From contig JADJQS010000008.1 in assembly GCA_016712635.1 (NCBI GenBank), positions 139,268-203,267 on the forward strand: a stretch of DNA of 64,000 nucleotides, given 5' to 3'. Source of the stretch: Gammaproteobacteria bacterium. Lineage in GTDB: Bacteria; Pseudomonadota; Gammaproteobacteria; SZUA-140. Every line of letters begins with the position of its first letter. The stretch's first letter is position 1. Made by a program: the position numbers and the translations under genes. Below the pieces are notes generated by a model. That model was not told the DNA's origin. It worked only from the letters and a program-made list of their open reading frames with translations, and did no database searches. Shown in pieces: positions 19,679 through 31,891 of this stretch.

Positions 19679-22114
19679 TTACTTGATGCACACCGTGCGT
19701 ACGGTGTGCAGGTCGGTGATGCCCTGGAGCACCTTCTCGATACCGTCCTGCTTCAGGGTGCGCATTCCCTCCTGCAGGCCCAGCGCCAGCATCTCCGAGA
19801 CCTGGGCGTGATCCAGGATCTGCTTCTTGAGGGCGTTGGTCGCGTAGAGCAGCTCGTGGATGCCGAGCCGGCCTTTGTACCCTGTGTCGTCGCAGGTCTT
19901 GCAGCCCTTGGGGTGGTAAAGCGTGAACTTGCCGTTCGTGGTGAACTTCTCCCGCCATTCCTTCAGCACAGTGTCGTATAACGCCTGTTTCTCGTCCTCC
20001 GGCGCTGTGGGCGCAACCAGCTCGTAGCAGTATTCCGCGACCATTTCCCGGATTTCCTCCTCCGTCGGCTCGAACGGTACCTTGCAGGCGACGCACAGGC
20101 GCTTGGCGAGGCGCTGGGCCAGGATGCCGATCAGGGCGTCGGCGAAGTTGAACGGATCCATGCCCATGTCGAGCAGGCGGGTGACTGTCTCCGGCGCCGT
20201 GTTGGTGTGCAGGGTGGACAGCACCAGGTGGCCGGTGAGCGAGGCCTCGATGCCGATGCTGGTGGTCTCCTTGTCGCGCATCTCGCCGACCATGATGATG
20301 TCGGGGTCGGCGCGCAGGAAGGAGCGCATCGCCGCCGCGAAGTTGAAGCCGATCTTCGGCTTCACTTCCACCTGGCGCAGGCCGCGCTGGGTGATTTCGA
20401 CCGGGTCCTCCGCGGTCCAGATCTTCACGTCGGGTGTATTCAGGTATCCGAGCACGGAGTGCAGCGTGGTCGTCTTGCCCGAGCCCGTCGGGCCGCACAC
20501 GAAGATCAGGCCGTAGGGTTTGGAGATCATGCGCTTCAGGGCGGTCATGTTGCGCTCCGACAGCCCGATCTTCTCCAGCGGCACCGGCTCGCCGCTCGCC
20601 AGGATGCGCATGACCACGTCTTCCATGTCGGCCGCCGTCGGGATGGTGGCGACGCGCAGCTCGATCTTCAGCATGCCGAATTTCTTGAAGTCGATCTTGC
20701 CGTCCTGCGGCTTGCGTTTCTCCGAGATGTCGAGTTCGGCCATGATCTTGATGCGCGCGACCACCGCGCTGCGCATCTTGGCCGGGATCTCGTAGTAGTT
20801 CTTCAGGTCGCCGTCCTTGCGGATGCGCACGATGGTCTTCTTCTTGCCCGGATAGGGTTCGATGTGGATATCGGATGCGCCCTGCTGGTAGGCATCGATG
20901 ATGATCTTGTTGACCAGCTTGACGATGACGTTGTCCTGCACCGAGGTCTCGCCGTATTCCTCCTCCTTGCCGTCCTTTTCGGTGTCGTCATACCCGAGGG
21001 TGAAGTCGTCGAGCGACTCGCTTTCGATGGCGGACATCGAGTACAGCGTCGTGATGGTGTGCTCGATCTCCTCCTTCGAGGCCATCACCGGCTCGACATA
21101 CAGGTTGGAATGGAAGCGCACGGCGTCGAGCGCCTCGCGGTCCATCGGGTTTTCCAGCGCGATGACCAGCTTGTTGTTGAAGTAGTGCACCGGCACGATG
21201 CCGTGCTTGCGCACCAGGTCCTCGGGGATGTACTTGATCGCCTCCGGGTTGATCTTGAACTTGCCCAGGTCGATGAACGGGATGCCGAGCTTTTCGGACA
21301 GGGCCTGCATGATCTCGCCCATGTTGATGGTGCCGAGCTCCATCAGCACCTGGCCGATCTGCATGTTCTTGCCCTGGGTGCGGTACAGCTTCTGCGCCTC
21401 CAGGGCGTCGTCGAGATTCTGCTGCGTGATGAACTTTTCCTTCACCAGGATTTCGCCGAGGCGTAGCTTGGGGGCCGCCTTGTGGTGGCGGAGCACCTCC
21501 TCCAGCGCCTCGGTGGTCTCGACGTTCTTCAGCGCGGCGGCGTGCACCTCGGCCGAATCATCCACTAACGGCACCTCCACCGCCTCCGCCACCTCCGCCG
21601 CGGCGTCGGCCGGCGCCTCCGCGGGCGTCAGGCGATACTGCTCCGTCGAGGTGTGCGGCACGAAGGCGTGGCAATAGCGCTGGTTCGGCAGCATGGGGTA
21701 CAGGTAGAGCCCGCCGGCATCGCTGCGGTATCCGAGGGTGACGTCCGACAGCGTGCTGCCATCCTTCAGCTCGATCCGGTACTGGAGGATGCGCGAGCCC
21801 TGGTTGGCGGGTTGCGCGGCCTTTTCCGGCGCGAGCTGCTCCGGCGCCCACGCGCGCGGTTGCGGGAGCTGGAAATACCTGAACCTGGTGAAGGCGATGT
21901 CCTGGGTCGCCCCGCCGTCGACGGCGACGGAGATGGATTTTTCGTCGCGCTGGAACTTCTGCAAAGTCCCGGAGAGGGTGGTGCCGTCATGCAGGACCAG
22001 CTCGATCTGCTCCCCGGCCTTGAGGGCATTCTTGATATCGATCTCCGCCAGCGGTGGCGGCAGGATCGGAAGGATATGGCTGGGCTTGAGCTTCTGTGCC
22101 GGGGACGATGACAT
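19679..22114 (-). CDS. GspE/PilB/MshE-family secretion ATPase with c-di-GMP-binding MshEN-type N-domain and an additional roughly 220-aa N-terminal extension
   Basis: C-terminal Walker A (GPTGSGKTT), Asp/His boxes and tetracysteine region (CVACK...CKTCDDTGYKGR). The T2SSE_N region has two MshEN-type motifs (RLGEILVKEKFITQQNLDDALEAQ; QIGQVLMELGTINMGEIMQALSEK). The extra N-terminus carries two related modules (IELVLHDGTTLSG...; IELKDGSTLSD...). The true start is uncertain. Confidence 0.8.
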   Translation of the reverse strand: MSSSPAQKLKPSHILPILPPPLAEIDIKNALKAGEQIELVLHDGTTLSGTLQKFQRDEKSISVAVDGGATQDIAFTRFRYFQLPQPRAWAPEQLAPEKAAQPANQGSRILQYRIELKDGSTLSDVTLGYRSDAGGLYLYPMLPNQRYCHAFVPHTSTEQYRLTPAEAPADAAAEVAEAVEVPLVDDSAEVHAAALKNVETTEALEEVLRHHKAAPKLRLGEILVKEKFITQQNLDDALEAQKLYRTQGKNMQIGQVLMELGTINMGEIMQALSEKLGIPFIDLGKFKINPEAIKYIPEDLVRKHGIVPVHYFNNKLVIALENPMDREALDAVRFHSNLYVEPVMASKEEIEHTITTLYSMSAIESESLDDFTLGYDDTEKDGKEEEYGETSVQDNVIVKLVNKIIIDAYQQGASDIHIEPYPGKKKTIVRIRKDGDLKNYYEIPAKMRSAVVARIKIMAELDISEKRKPQDGKIDFKKFGMLKIELRVATIPTAADMEDVVMRILASGEPVPLEKIGLSERNMTALKRMISKPYGLIFVCGPTGSGKTTTLHSVLGYLNTPDVKIWTAEDPVEITQRGLRQVEVKPKIGFNFAAAMRSFLRADPDIIMVGEMRDKETTSIGIEASLTGHLVLSTLHTNTAPETVTRLLDMGMDPFNFADALIGILAQRLAKRLCVACKVPFEPTEEEIREMVAEYCYELVAPTAPEDEKQALYDTVLKEWREKFTTNGKFTLYHPKGCKTCDDTGYKGRLGIHELLYATNALKKQILDHAQVSEMLALGLQEGMRTLKQDGIEKVLQGITDLHTVRTVCIK

Positions 22115-22260
22115 GGCTTGTTCCTGAGTTTTCCCTTCATTATCAAGGGTCTGTGAGCGAATGGCCGGCGCACCGGCGTGCCGGCGCGGCCGGATGGCCG
22201 TTCCCTTCCAGGCCCCTGAGGCCGGGCAGCTATGCCCGGATTTTCAGACCCTTAGGCTAT

Positions 22261-23124
22261 TTATCGGACAAAGCGCAAACGCATTGAGAGGTCGGTCGCA
22301 AAAACATCCTTGGTCAGTGCGCCGATGGAGATGCGATCCACCCCGGTCAGGGCGATCGCGCGGATATTGTCGAGCGTAATGCCGCCCGAGGCCTCGAGCA
22401 GGGCCTGTCCCTGGTGGCGGTCAACGGCCTCGCGCAGGGTATCGAGGTCGAAATTGTCCAGCAGCACGATGTCGGCCCCGGCCGCGATGGCCTCGGCCGC
22501 GCCGTCGAGGTCCTCCACCTCGGTCTCGACCGGCAGGCCGGTGCCGAGCGCGCGGGCGGCCTCGATCGCCCGCGTGATCGAACCGCTGGTCGCGATGTGG
22601 TTCTCCTTGATCAGGATGCCGTCGTAGAGCCCGAGGCGATGGTTGGCGCCGCCGCCGCAGCGCACGGCGTATTTCTGCGCGCGGCGCAGCCCCGGCAGTG
22701 TCTTGCGCGTGTCGAGCAGGACCACCGGAAGGTCCCCTATGCGCGTGCGGTAGGCCGCGGTCCGGGTCGCCGTGCCGGACAGCGTCTGCAGGAAGTTGAG
22801 CGCGGTGCGCTCGCCGGTGAGCAGCGTGCGCGCCGGCCCGTGCAGGCGGCACAGCGTCTGTCCCGCGGAGATCGCTGCGCCGTCCGCCAGCGTCCACTCC
22901 ACCGTCACACCGCCGCCGAGCTGTGCGAATACCGCCTCGAACCAGGCCTGGCCGCACAGCACGGCCGACTCGCGGCTGATCACCGCGCCCTCGGCGCGCA
23001 ACTCCGCCGGCACCAGGCGCGCCGTCACGTCGCCGCCGCCGACGTCCTCGGCCAGCGCGCGCGCGACATCCTCGCGCACGATGGAAGCCTCCGGCCCCGC
23101 CATTGTCCGGGAGTCTGTCTTCAT
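22261..23124 (-). CDS. nadC: nicotinate-nucleotide pyrophosphorylase (carboxylating)
   Basis: LLTGERTALNFLQTLSGTAT...LLDTRKTLPGLR...ENHI matches the QPRTase family. Confidence 0.9.
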   Translation of the reverse strand: MKTDSRTMAGPEASIVREDVARALAEDVGGGDVTARLVPAELRAEGAVISRESAVLCGQAWFEAVFAQLGGGVTVEWTLADGAAISAGQTLCRLHGPARTLLTGERTALNFLQTLSGTATRTAAYRTRIGDLPVVLLDTRKTLPGLRRAQKYAVRCGGGANHRLGLYDGILIKENHIATSGSITRAIEAARALGTGLPVETEVEDLDGAAEAIAAGADIVLLDNFDLDTLREAVDRHQGQALLEASGGITLDNIRAIALTGVDRISIGALTKDVFATDLSMRLRFVR

Positions 23125-23311
23125 ATCCCTGTTTCCTCGCCGCGCTGCGTCGTCGGATACGGCCGATTGTCACATATCCGGCGGCCGGATGAATTCCATT
23201 TTACATGCCCTCCGGATCGCGTCACCGCCGCCCCGGATCGCCATGGCATCCATGGGCGCAAATGCGGATAATTGGGGCACGACCCCAAACGGCACGGCAA
23301 GGAGAGAAGGC

Positions 23312-24100
23312 ATGAAACCGCTCTGGATCGGCACGCTCTTGTTCACCCTCGCGCTCGGCGCGGCAAACGCCGCCGTCGTCACGAAGGAGATCGACTACAC
23401 GGTCGACGGCACCACCCTGAAGGGCTATCTGACCTATGACGACGCCGTCAAGGGCGCGCGCCCCGGTGTCCTGGTCGTCCACGAATGGTGGGGCATGAAC
23501 GACTATGCCCGCAAGCGCGCGCGCATGCTGGCGGAGCTCGGTTACACCGCCTTCGCCCTGGACATGTACGGCGACGGCAAGCACGCCCATCACCCCGATG
23601 AGGCCGGCAAGTTTTCCAGCGAGGTCATGAAAAACCAGGAGCTGGCGCGGGCGCGTTTCAACGCCGCGCTGGAGGTCCTGCGCAAGGTAAAGACCGTCGA
23701 TCCGCAGCGCGTCGCCGCCATCGGCTACTGCTTCGGCGGCGCGGTGGCGCTGCAGATGGCCCGCTACGGCACGGATCTCGCGGGCGTGGTCAGCTTCCAC
23801 GGCAGCCTCGCCCCGGTCAGCCCGGCCGAGCCCGGCGCCATCAGGGCGAAACTCCTGGTCCTGACCGGCGGCGACGATCCCTTCGTCCCGGCGGAGCAGG
23901 TGGAGCAGTTCAGGCAGGAGATGGACACCGCGAAGGCGGATTACCGGGTGATCGTCTATCCCGGCGCCAGGCACAGCTTCACCAGCGTCGAGGCGGACAA
24001 GTACGGCAAGGAATTCAACCTGCCGCTGGCCTACGACAAGGCGGCCGACGCGGCCTCCTGGAAGGAGATGCAGGACTTTTTCGATCAGGTCCTCAAGTGA
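23312..24100 (+). CDS. dienelactone hydrolase family protein (secreted)
   Basis: RBS AAGGAGAGAAGG. Signal peptide MKPLWIGTLLFTLALGAANA. Motifs VLVVHEWWG and GYCFGG are DLH-fold. Confidence 0.8.
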   Translation: MKPLWIGTLLFTLALGAANAAVVTKEIDYTVDGTTLKGYLTYDDAVKGARPGVLVVHEWWGMNDYARKRARMLAELGYTAFALDMYGDGKHAHHPDEAGKFSSEVMKNQELARARFNAALEVLRKVKTVDPQRVAAIGYCFGGAVALQMARYGTDLAGVVSFHGSLAPVSPAEPGAIRAKLLVLTGGDDPFVPAEQVEQFRQEMDTAKADYRVIVYPGARHSFTSVEADKYGKEFNLPLAYDKAADAASWKEMQDFFDQVLK

Positions 24101-24465
24101 GCTCAGATCTCGCCCTGTCCGCTCTCCCGTAGCCCGGATGGAGCGTAGCGGAATCCGGGGGTCTCAGGATTCCCCGGATTCCGGCGCTTCGCGCGTGCAT
24201 CCGGGCTACATGGTGCGCTTGAATGTCCCGCGCAATGGCCCTATATCAGTCGGGGAATAACAAGGCGGACGGCCCGGGCAATACCGCGCCGCCGCCGGGG
24301 ATCCGGAAGACACGGATATTCGATCAATTCCGGGGGCCTCTGATTAAGTATTGACCGTCATTCCCGCGGAAGCGGGAATCCAGGAAGGTAATACTGGATG
24401 CCCGCCTGCGCGGGCATGACGAATTAATCGATTCTCCCCGTTGCCATAGACCGGAGTGCATTGCC

Positions 24466-27069
<2,604 letters not shown>

Positions 27070-27104
27070 ATGATAAGCTGCTTGCTATTAGATAGGGTTC
27101 TACA

Positions 27105-27302
27105 ATGTTGGAAATCTTCAGCGACATAAAAAGCCATTTCGACAGCTTGCAAGATCGCCTTGATGTATTTGGGAAATATGGAGTTCAGGTTGAGGGGTGG
27201 TTGAAAGGAGAGCTCCTGTTTAAGCTAAGTAAAATGAAGGACGAAGGCCTTATATTCGATTTCGATCGAGAAGTGTTAATTATGGGGACTAAGAAAAGAT
27301 AG
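27105..27302 (+). CDS. hypothetical protein (low-GC islet; possibly the 5' fragment of a disrupted gene)
   Basis: 65-aa ORF in an AT-rich segment. A second open frame (27330-27620) without an ATG start follows, so the gene may be decayed. Confidence 0.3.
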   Translation: MLEIFSDIKSHFDSLQDRLDVFGKYGVQVEGWLKGELLFKLSKMKDEGLIFDFDREVLIMGTKKR

Positions 27303-27720
27303 ATCTGAGGATAACAACTAACGATAGGGCTCAGCATTGGGTAGAGTTAAAGAATTAGACCAGTAAACAAAAAAGGAAGGTCTTATGACCCAAAATTCTA
27401 CTTTGGTGATAAACACGTAGGCATTTTTAATGATGTCGAAAAACTTAAATCTATATCGGAACCAAAATGGTTGGTGATATTAATAACGCCCAATACGACT
27501 AATGAAAAATGGGAAGAAGGAGTTCGGATTTTTGAGATTAAATACAATATCAATATTGAATCACATCAATCGCCTTCAATGTTCCAGGAGAATTATTTCT
27601 TAGGGTTGATTAGCATAAAATAAACTGCGGAAGAAAAGCCAATGTAACGGTGTAAAGTCTTGCGCCGCTACAATTTCTTACTATAAGACTTAGCGTCGTT
27701 ATTTTAAGGGGGGCAATCCA

Positions 27721-28098
27721 ATGCGATATAGTTATTGGGTTACTAATAAGCATCTTCTGATATGCGCAGCATTCATCTTTACAATTCTTGTCGTATCATC
27801 CCAAGTCGTTGCAGGTAAATTATATAGCCCCGCTGAATTACGTAGCATGGTAAAAAGCGGTAATTATCCACCTCAAGGAAAGGTTACGGATACTGAGACC
27901 CAAGCAATGAGCTTTCGTGCTTGTACGGAGCAAATCAATCAGATTATAGGCTCCATAACGCCAGAATATCCTGTAGAAATAATTGTCGATACGCAGATCA
28001 TGAAAATGATAAAAGCGTGGACTAATGACGGAGCGATTACACTTACATGTAGCGGACCTGATGAAAAATTTACTTTCACCACGGCACCGTATAAATGA
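27721..28098 (+). CDS. hypothetical secreted/membrane-anchored protein (low GC)
   Basis: 125 aa with an N-terminal hydrophobic segment (LLICAAFIFTILVVSSQVVA). AT-rich codon usage is distinct from the host. Confidence 0.5.
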   Translation: MRYSYWVTNKHLLICAAFIFTILVVSSQVVAGKLYSPAELRSMVKSGNYPPQGKVTDTETQAMSFRACTEQINQIIGSITPEYPVEIIVDTQIMKMIKAWTNDGAITLTCSGPDEKFTFTTAPYK

Positions 28099-28204
28099 GC
28101 AAACAGAATAACATCATCAAAAGGGTCAGTACCCTTTGTTGATCGAGCTTTGATTCCCTTGATCCGTTCCTTGGCTCGAATGTCAGGCGCCGAGTGAGGC
28201 CAGA

Positions 28205-28408
28205 TTGGACATATCCTTATTACTCTGGGGTCTGCTGTTCAGCTCGATCGGGCTCGGCTTCTTCATCTATGGCAGGAAGCAGAAGGCGGTCGTTCCGCTG
28301 GTGTGCGGGCTGGCCCTCATGATCTATCCGTACTTCGTCTCCAGCACGTTTCCGCTCGTCTCGATCGGGGCCGTGCTCATGGCCATTCCGTATTTCGTCA
28401 GGATATAG
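28205..28408 (+). CDS. small hydrophobic membrane protein (67 aa, two TM helices)
   Basis: MDISLLLWGLLFSSIGLGFFIYGRK...ALMIYPYFVSS...LMAIPYFVRI shows an internal repeat of two TM hairpins. Confidence 0.45.
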   Translation: MDISLLLWGLLFSSIGLGFFIYGRKQKAVVPLVCGLALMIYPYFVSSTFPLVSIGAVLMAIPYFVRI

Positions 28409-28474
28409 GTCAAGATCAATGGGATCTTCTGGCGAAAGCAGTCAAAGAGCTGGTGGCTTCCTGGAGGCAGAGAA

Positions 28475-28763
28475 ATGAGCAAAGCGTACACTGAAATATC
28501 TGCCGGCCTGAAGGAGGCGATCTCCCACGCCAAGGGAAAGAAAACCAGGACTCAGGATGCATCGCCATGAACCTATCGACGTCAAGGCCATTCGCGAGAA
28601 GACCGGGATGAGCCAGCAGCGGTTCTGCGCAACCTTTGGGATTTCGCTTGGTACCCTGCGTCATTGGGAGCAGGGCTTGCGTGCCCCGAGAGGTGCGGCG
28701 CGGGTGTTGCTCAAGGTGGTTGCTAGTAACCCGAAGGTGGTAATGAAGGCAATTGGCGAATAG
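28475..28763 (+). pseudogene. HigA/NadS-like HTH antitoxin, frameshifted (N-terminal 31 codons in one frame, HTH body in +1 frame)
   Basis: MSKAYTEISAGLKEAISHAKGKK... aligns with the intact paralog at 29275 (EILEGIREIRRGEHG). The HTH (KAIREKTGMSQQRFCATFGISLGTLRHWEQGLRAPRGAARVLLKV) continues in the next frame. The break maps to an A4 run near 28533-28536. Confidence 0.6.
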
Positions 28764-28952
28764 CCGGGAATAAATGAGGGAGAATTATTTTTTCTGCCCC
28801 GGTTATTTCCGGATAAGACATTGGCTTTATTGATTTCAAGGTGACCGCTGTGTAATTTCTTTCGCGAAAAGAGATTTTGTTCCTGCTGTCAGCCACAGGG
28901 AGGTGGCCGCCATGATGTACAGCTCTGTTGCTTCGCTTGACGTTATACGTCA

Positions 28953-29282
28953 ATGACGTATAACATGCCGTTGTTCACCTTTATCGAAACGAAACTGTTT
29001 TCACGGCTGGCAAGCGATTATCTGTCGGATGAGGAATACGCCTTGCTGCAGGGTACGCTGGCCGCGAACCCGGAGACTGGAAATCTGGTGCCGGGTTCAG
29101 GCGGTGTGCGCAAGCTGCGCTGGGCGCAGCCGGGCCGGGGCAAGCGGGGCGGGGTGCGTGTCATCTACTATGTCAGGTCGAGTGCAGGCATGATCTGGAT
29201 GCTGACGATCTACGCGAAGAACGAGGCGCAGAATATTCCTGCGCACATCCTGCGCGAGATCCGGGAGGAGATCGATGGCTAA
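28953..29282 (+). CDS. type II toxin, RelE/ParE superfamily (HigB-like, toxin-first arrangement)
   Basis: 109 aa with KLRWAQPGRGKRGGVRVIYYV...MIWMLTIYAKNE, typical of HigB-like killer proteins. It overlaps the downstream HTH antitoxin gene by 8 bp. Confidence 0.7.
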   Translation: MTYNMPLFTFIETKLFSRLASDYLSDEEYALLQGTLAANPETGNLVPGSGGVRKLRWAQPGRGKRGGVRVIYYVRSSAGMIWMLTIYAKNEAQNIPAHILREIREEIDG

Positions 29283-29547
29283 GGCGAAGCGCAACGTCGG
29301 CGTGGAGATTCTCGAAGGCATCCGCGAGATCAGGCGCGGGGAGCATGGCCGCGTCATCAACCTGCCGTCCATCGCCGCCATTCGCGAAGGCACCGGCCTG
29401 TCCCAGTCCCGCTTTGCCGAATTGCTGGGTGTTTCCGTGCGCACGCTGCAGGAATGGGAACAGGGGCGCCGGGCGCCGACCGGCGCGGCGCGCACGCTGC
29501 TGATGATCGCGCACAGGAATCCGCGCGCCTTGCTGGATGTGTCTTGA
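29275..29547 (+). CDS. HigA/NadS-like HTH antitoxin
   Basis: IREGTGLSQSRFAELLGVSVRTLQEWEQGRRAPTGAARTLLMI is an XRE-type HTH with the W-E-Q-G-R motif. Confidence 0.75.
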   Translation: MAKAKRNVGVEILEGIREIRRGEHGRVINLPSIAAIREGTGLSQSRFAELLGVSVRTLQEWEQGRRAPTGAARTLLMIAHRNPRALLDVS

Positions 29548-29705
29548 AATGAGAGCCGGACAATCGGGCAGACCACGTCTTCAGGATTCGGAAGGATGGA
29601 GAAAGTGGGTTGGTACCTTTCTCTGCCAGCGGCAGTGTGGTCCGCTCCAAGGGATCAAAAAGCCACGTTGCAAAGCGGGTCGTCAAGCATCAGAAGGACA
29701 TGCAA

Positions 29706-30162
29706 ATTGGAAATATGGATAGACGCAGATGCATGCCCGGTTGTCGTAAAGGAGATTTTATTCCGGGCGGCAGAACGGACAAAAACCAGGGTAACGCTGG
29801 TTGCAAATCAGGATATTAAAATCCCGCCTTCAAGGTATGTTACCTGCCTGCGCGTGATGCCGGGTTTTGATGTTGCCGACAATGAGATTGTTAAGAGGGT
29901 AAATGACGGCGATCTGGTCATCACAAGTGACATACCCCTGGCGGATCTGGTTTTGACTAAAGGTGGTTGTGCCTTAAGCCCGCGGGGTGAGTTATTCACC
30001 CATGAAAATATCAAATCCAGGCTTAATATAAGAGACTTTATGGATACTCTGCGCAGCAGCGGTATACGCACAGGCGGGCCATCCACCCTGAGTCAAAGCG
30101 ATCGCAAGGCGTTCGCGGACCATCTCGATAAGTGGCTTTTCAATAAGCAGATAAATCTGTAA
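29706..30162 (+). CDS. YaiI/YqgE-like DUF188 (UPF0178) family protein
   Basis: [34 protein letters not shown]...[10 protein letters not shown]...[16 protein letters not shown] closely parallels E. coli YaiI. A TTG start is inferred because the ORF-track start at 29596 adds a non-homologous leader. Confidence 0.7.
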
Positions 30163-30260
30163 GTATTAGCTGCGGATCACCTGGTCCGGGGATAATCGGG
30201 TACAACCCCATTAAATCAACGTTGATGCAGGTATAGAATTGAGTTTCGGACGATGGAGGT

Positions 30261-30494
30261 ATGGATATGGCCGCTACTCTGAAGGAATTGGAACAGCTGG
30301 CTCGGGCCCTGGAGGCCGAGGAGCGGGCGAAACTGGCCGAGGCTCTGCTCGAGTCGCTGCACTCTCCGCTCTCGGACATCGAGGCGGCCTGGGCGCGGGA
30401 GATCGAAGACCGCGTCGCCGCTTTTGACCGTGGTGAAATGAAGAGTTACGCGGCTGAGGATGTGTTTGCGGAAGCGCGGCGCACATCGCGGTGA
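30261..30494 (+). CDS. addiction-module antitoxin (putative addiction module component, Phd/ParD-like, TIGR02574-type)
   Basis: 77 aa. LKELEQLARALEAEERAKLAEALLESL...IEAAWAREIEDRVAAFDRGEM is characteristic of this antitoxin family. It overlaps the toxin by 4 bp. Confidence 0.7.
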   Translation: MDMAATLKELEQLARALEAEERAKLAEALLESLHSPLSDIEAAWAREIEDRVAAFDRGEMKSYAAEDVFAEARRTSR

Positions 30495-30793
30495 AACACG
30501 CCAGGTTTGTTGCCGCCGCCCGGCGTGAGTTCCTGGCACAGGTAATCTACTACAACGAAGAAGAATCCGGACTTGGTGCCCGCTTTACGGCTGCGGTCGA
30601 AGAGGCTGTTATCCGGGCCCTTGCCTTCCCGCTCGCCGGGTCACCTGCGACCCGGAGCACGCGGCGAGTCTTTGTCAAAGACTTCCCCTTTGCGGTCGTA
30701 TATCGACCCCATGCCGACGGCATTACGGTGTTCGCGCTCGCGCATCACTCGCGCCAGCCGGGTTACTGGAAATTACGTGTTCAGGAGCGCTAG
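30491..30793 (+). CDS. type II toxin, RelE/ParE family
   Basis: 100 aa, GTG start overlapping the antitoxin stop. ...RVFVKDFPFAVVYRPHADGITVFALAHHSRQPGYW is a RelE/ParE fold signature. Confidence 0.7.
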   Translation: MKHARFVAAARREFLAQVIYYNEEESGLGARFTAAVEEAVIRALAFPLAGSPATRSTRRVFVKDFPFAVVYRPHADGITVFALAHHSRQPGYWKLRVQER

Positions 30794-30838
30794 ACAGTTG
30801 GCAGACAGGACGGGTGGTATTGTCACACAAGGAAAATC

Positions 30839-31438
30839 ATGGCGCTGTTCCTGAGTCTGTGGATCAAGCTGTTCTTCGTGCTGACGCCGTTCTTCGGACT
30901 CACGATGTTCCTCAGCATGACGGAAGGGTATGACGAGCACCGTCGGCGCAAACTCGCCCTGGCGGTGTCCGCGGCGGTGGCGATGCTGTGCCTGATCCTG
31001 TTTTTCGCCGGCCGGCAGATCTTTTCGCTGTTCGGCATCACGCTGGATTCTTTCCGCATCGGTGCCGGCGTGCTGCTGATGCTGTCGGGTATCGCGCTGG
31101 TGCAGGGCAGGGCGGGCGCGGCCGATGCCGCCCGCGAGGGCGATGTCGCGGTGGTGCCGCTGGCGATGCCGATCATCGTCGGTCCGGCCACCACGGGCAC
31201 GCTGCTCGTCATGGGGGCCGAGCTGAACACGGTGGCGGCCAAGGCCGTCGGCAGCCTGGCGCTGTTCGCCGCCGTGCTGTGCATGGCGGCGGTACTGCTC
31301 GCGGGTTCGTTTTTTCAGCGCCTGATGGGCGTCAGGGGTATCGCGGTCCTCAGCAAGCTGACCGGACTGATCCTGGCGGCACTGGCCGCGCAGATGATCA
31401 TGACGGGGATCCAGGGATTCATCGGCGTTCAGCCGTGA
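30839..31438 (+). CDS. MarC-family (UPF0056) integral membrane protein
   Basis: 199 aa, 6 TM. LFFVLTPFFGLTMFLSMTEG...MPIIVGPATTGTLLVMG matches MarC/YhgN family motifs. Confidence 0.8.
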   Translation: MALFLSLWIKLFFVLTPFFGLTMFLSMTEGYDEHRRRKLALAVSAAVAMLCLILFFAGRQIFSLFGITLDSFRIGAGVLLMLSGIALVQGRAGAADAAREGDVAVVPLAMPIIVGPATTGTLLVMGAELNTVAAKAVGSLALFAAVLCMAAVLLAGSFFQRLMGVRGIAVLSKLTGLILAALAAQMIMTGIQGFIGVQP

Positions 31439-31474
31439 CATCACCTCGAATCAAGCATCCAGGATAAAACGGCT

Positions 31475-31891
31475 TTATTGCCCCGTCGACTCGGGCAGCG
31501 AAAAATCCAGCGCCGCGACGATCCGGTTCAGGCGCCCCTGCTCGCCGCCGCCCAGCATCAGCTCCGCGTTGGCGGCGCCCGCGTTGCGGATCGAGAGTTC
31601 GATTTTCTCGATGAACAGCCGGCTGCACTCCGCGACCTTATCCTTGAGCAGTGCCAGCAGTAACGGGATATCCTCCGGCTTCTTCACCCACGCCTCGATG
31701 AAAAGGCCCTCCTTGACCTTGATCTTTGCGTTGGAGGCGTGTTTTCCCAGCAGGACATTGAAGATGGAGCACCAGTCCCCGGGGGCCTGGTGCGATAACC
31801 TGAAAAAGAGATCGATATAGGGTTCCTTCCTGATCCTTGGCGGCCGTTTGTCATCGATGCCGACGATCTGAATGTCACTGATACCCTCCAT
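31475..31891 (-). CDS. hypothetical protein
   Basis: 138-aa ORF with no recognised motif and moderate GC. It does not overlap any identified gene in this window. Confidence 0.4.
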   Translation of the reverse strand: MEGISDIQIVGIDDKRPPRIRKEPYIDLFFRLSHQAPGDWCSIFNVLLGKHASNAKIKVKEGLFIEAWVKKPEDIPLLLALLKDKVAECSRLFIEKIELSIRNAGAANAELMLGGGEQGRLNRIVAALDFSLPESTGQ

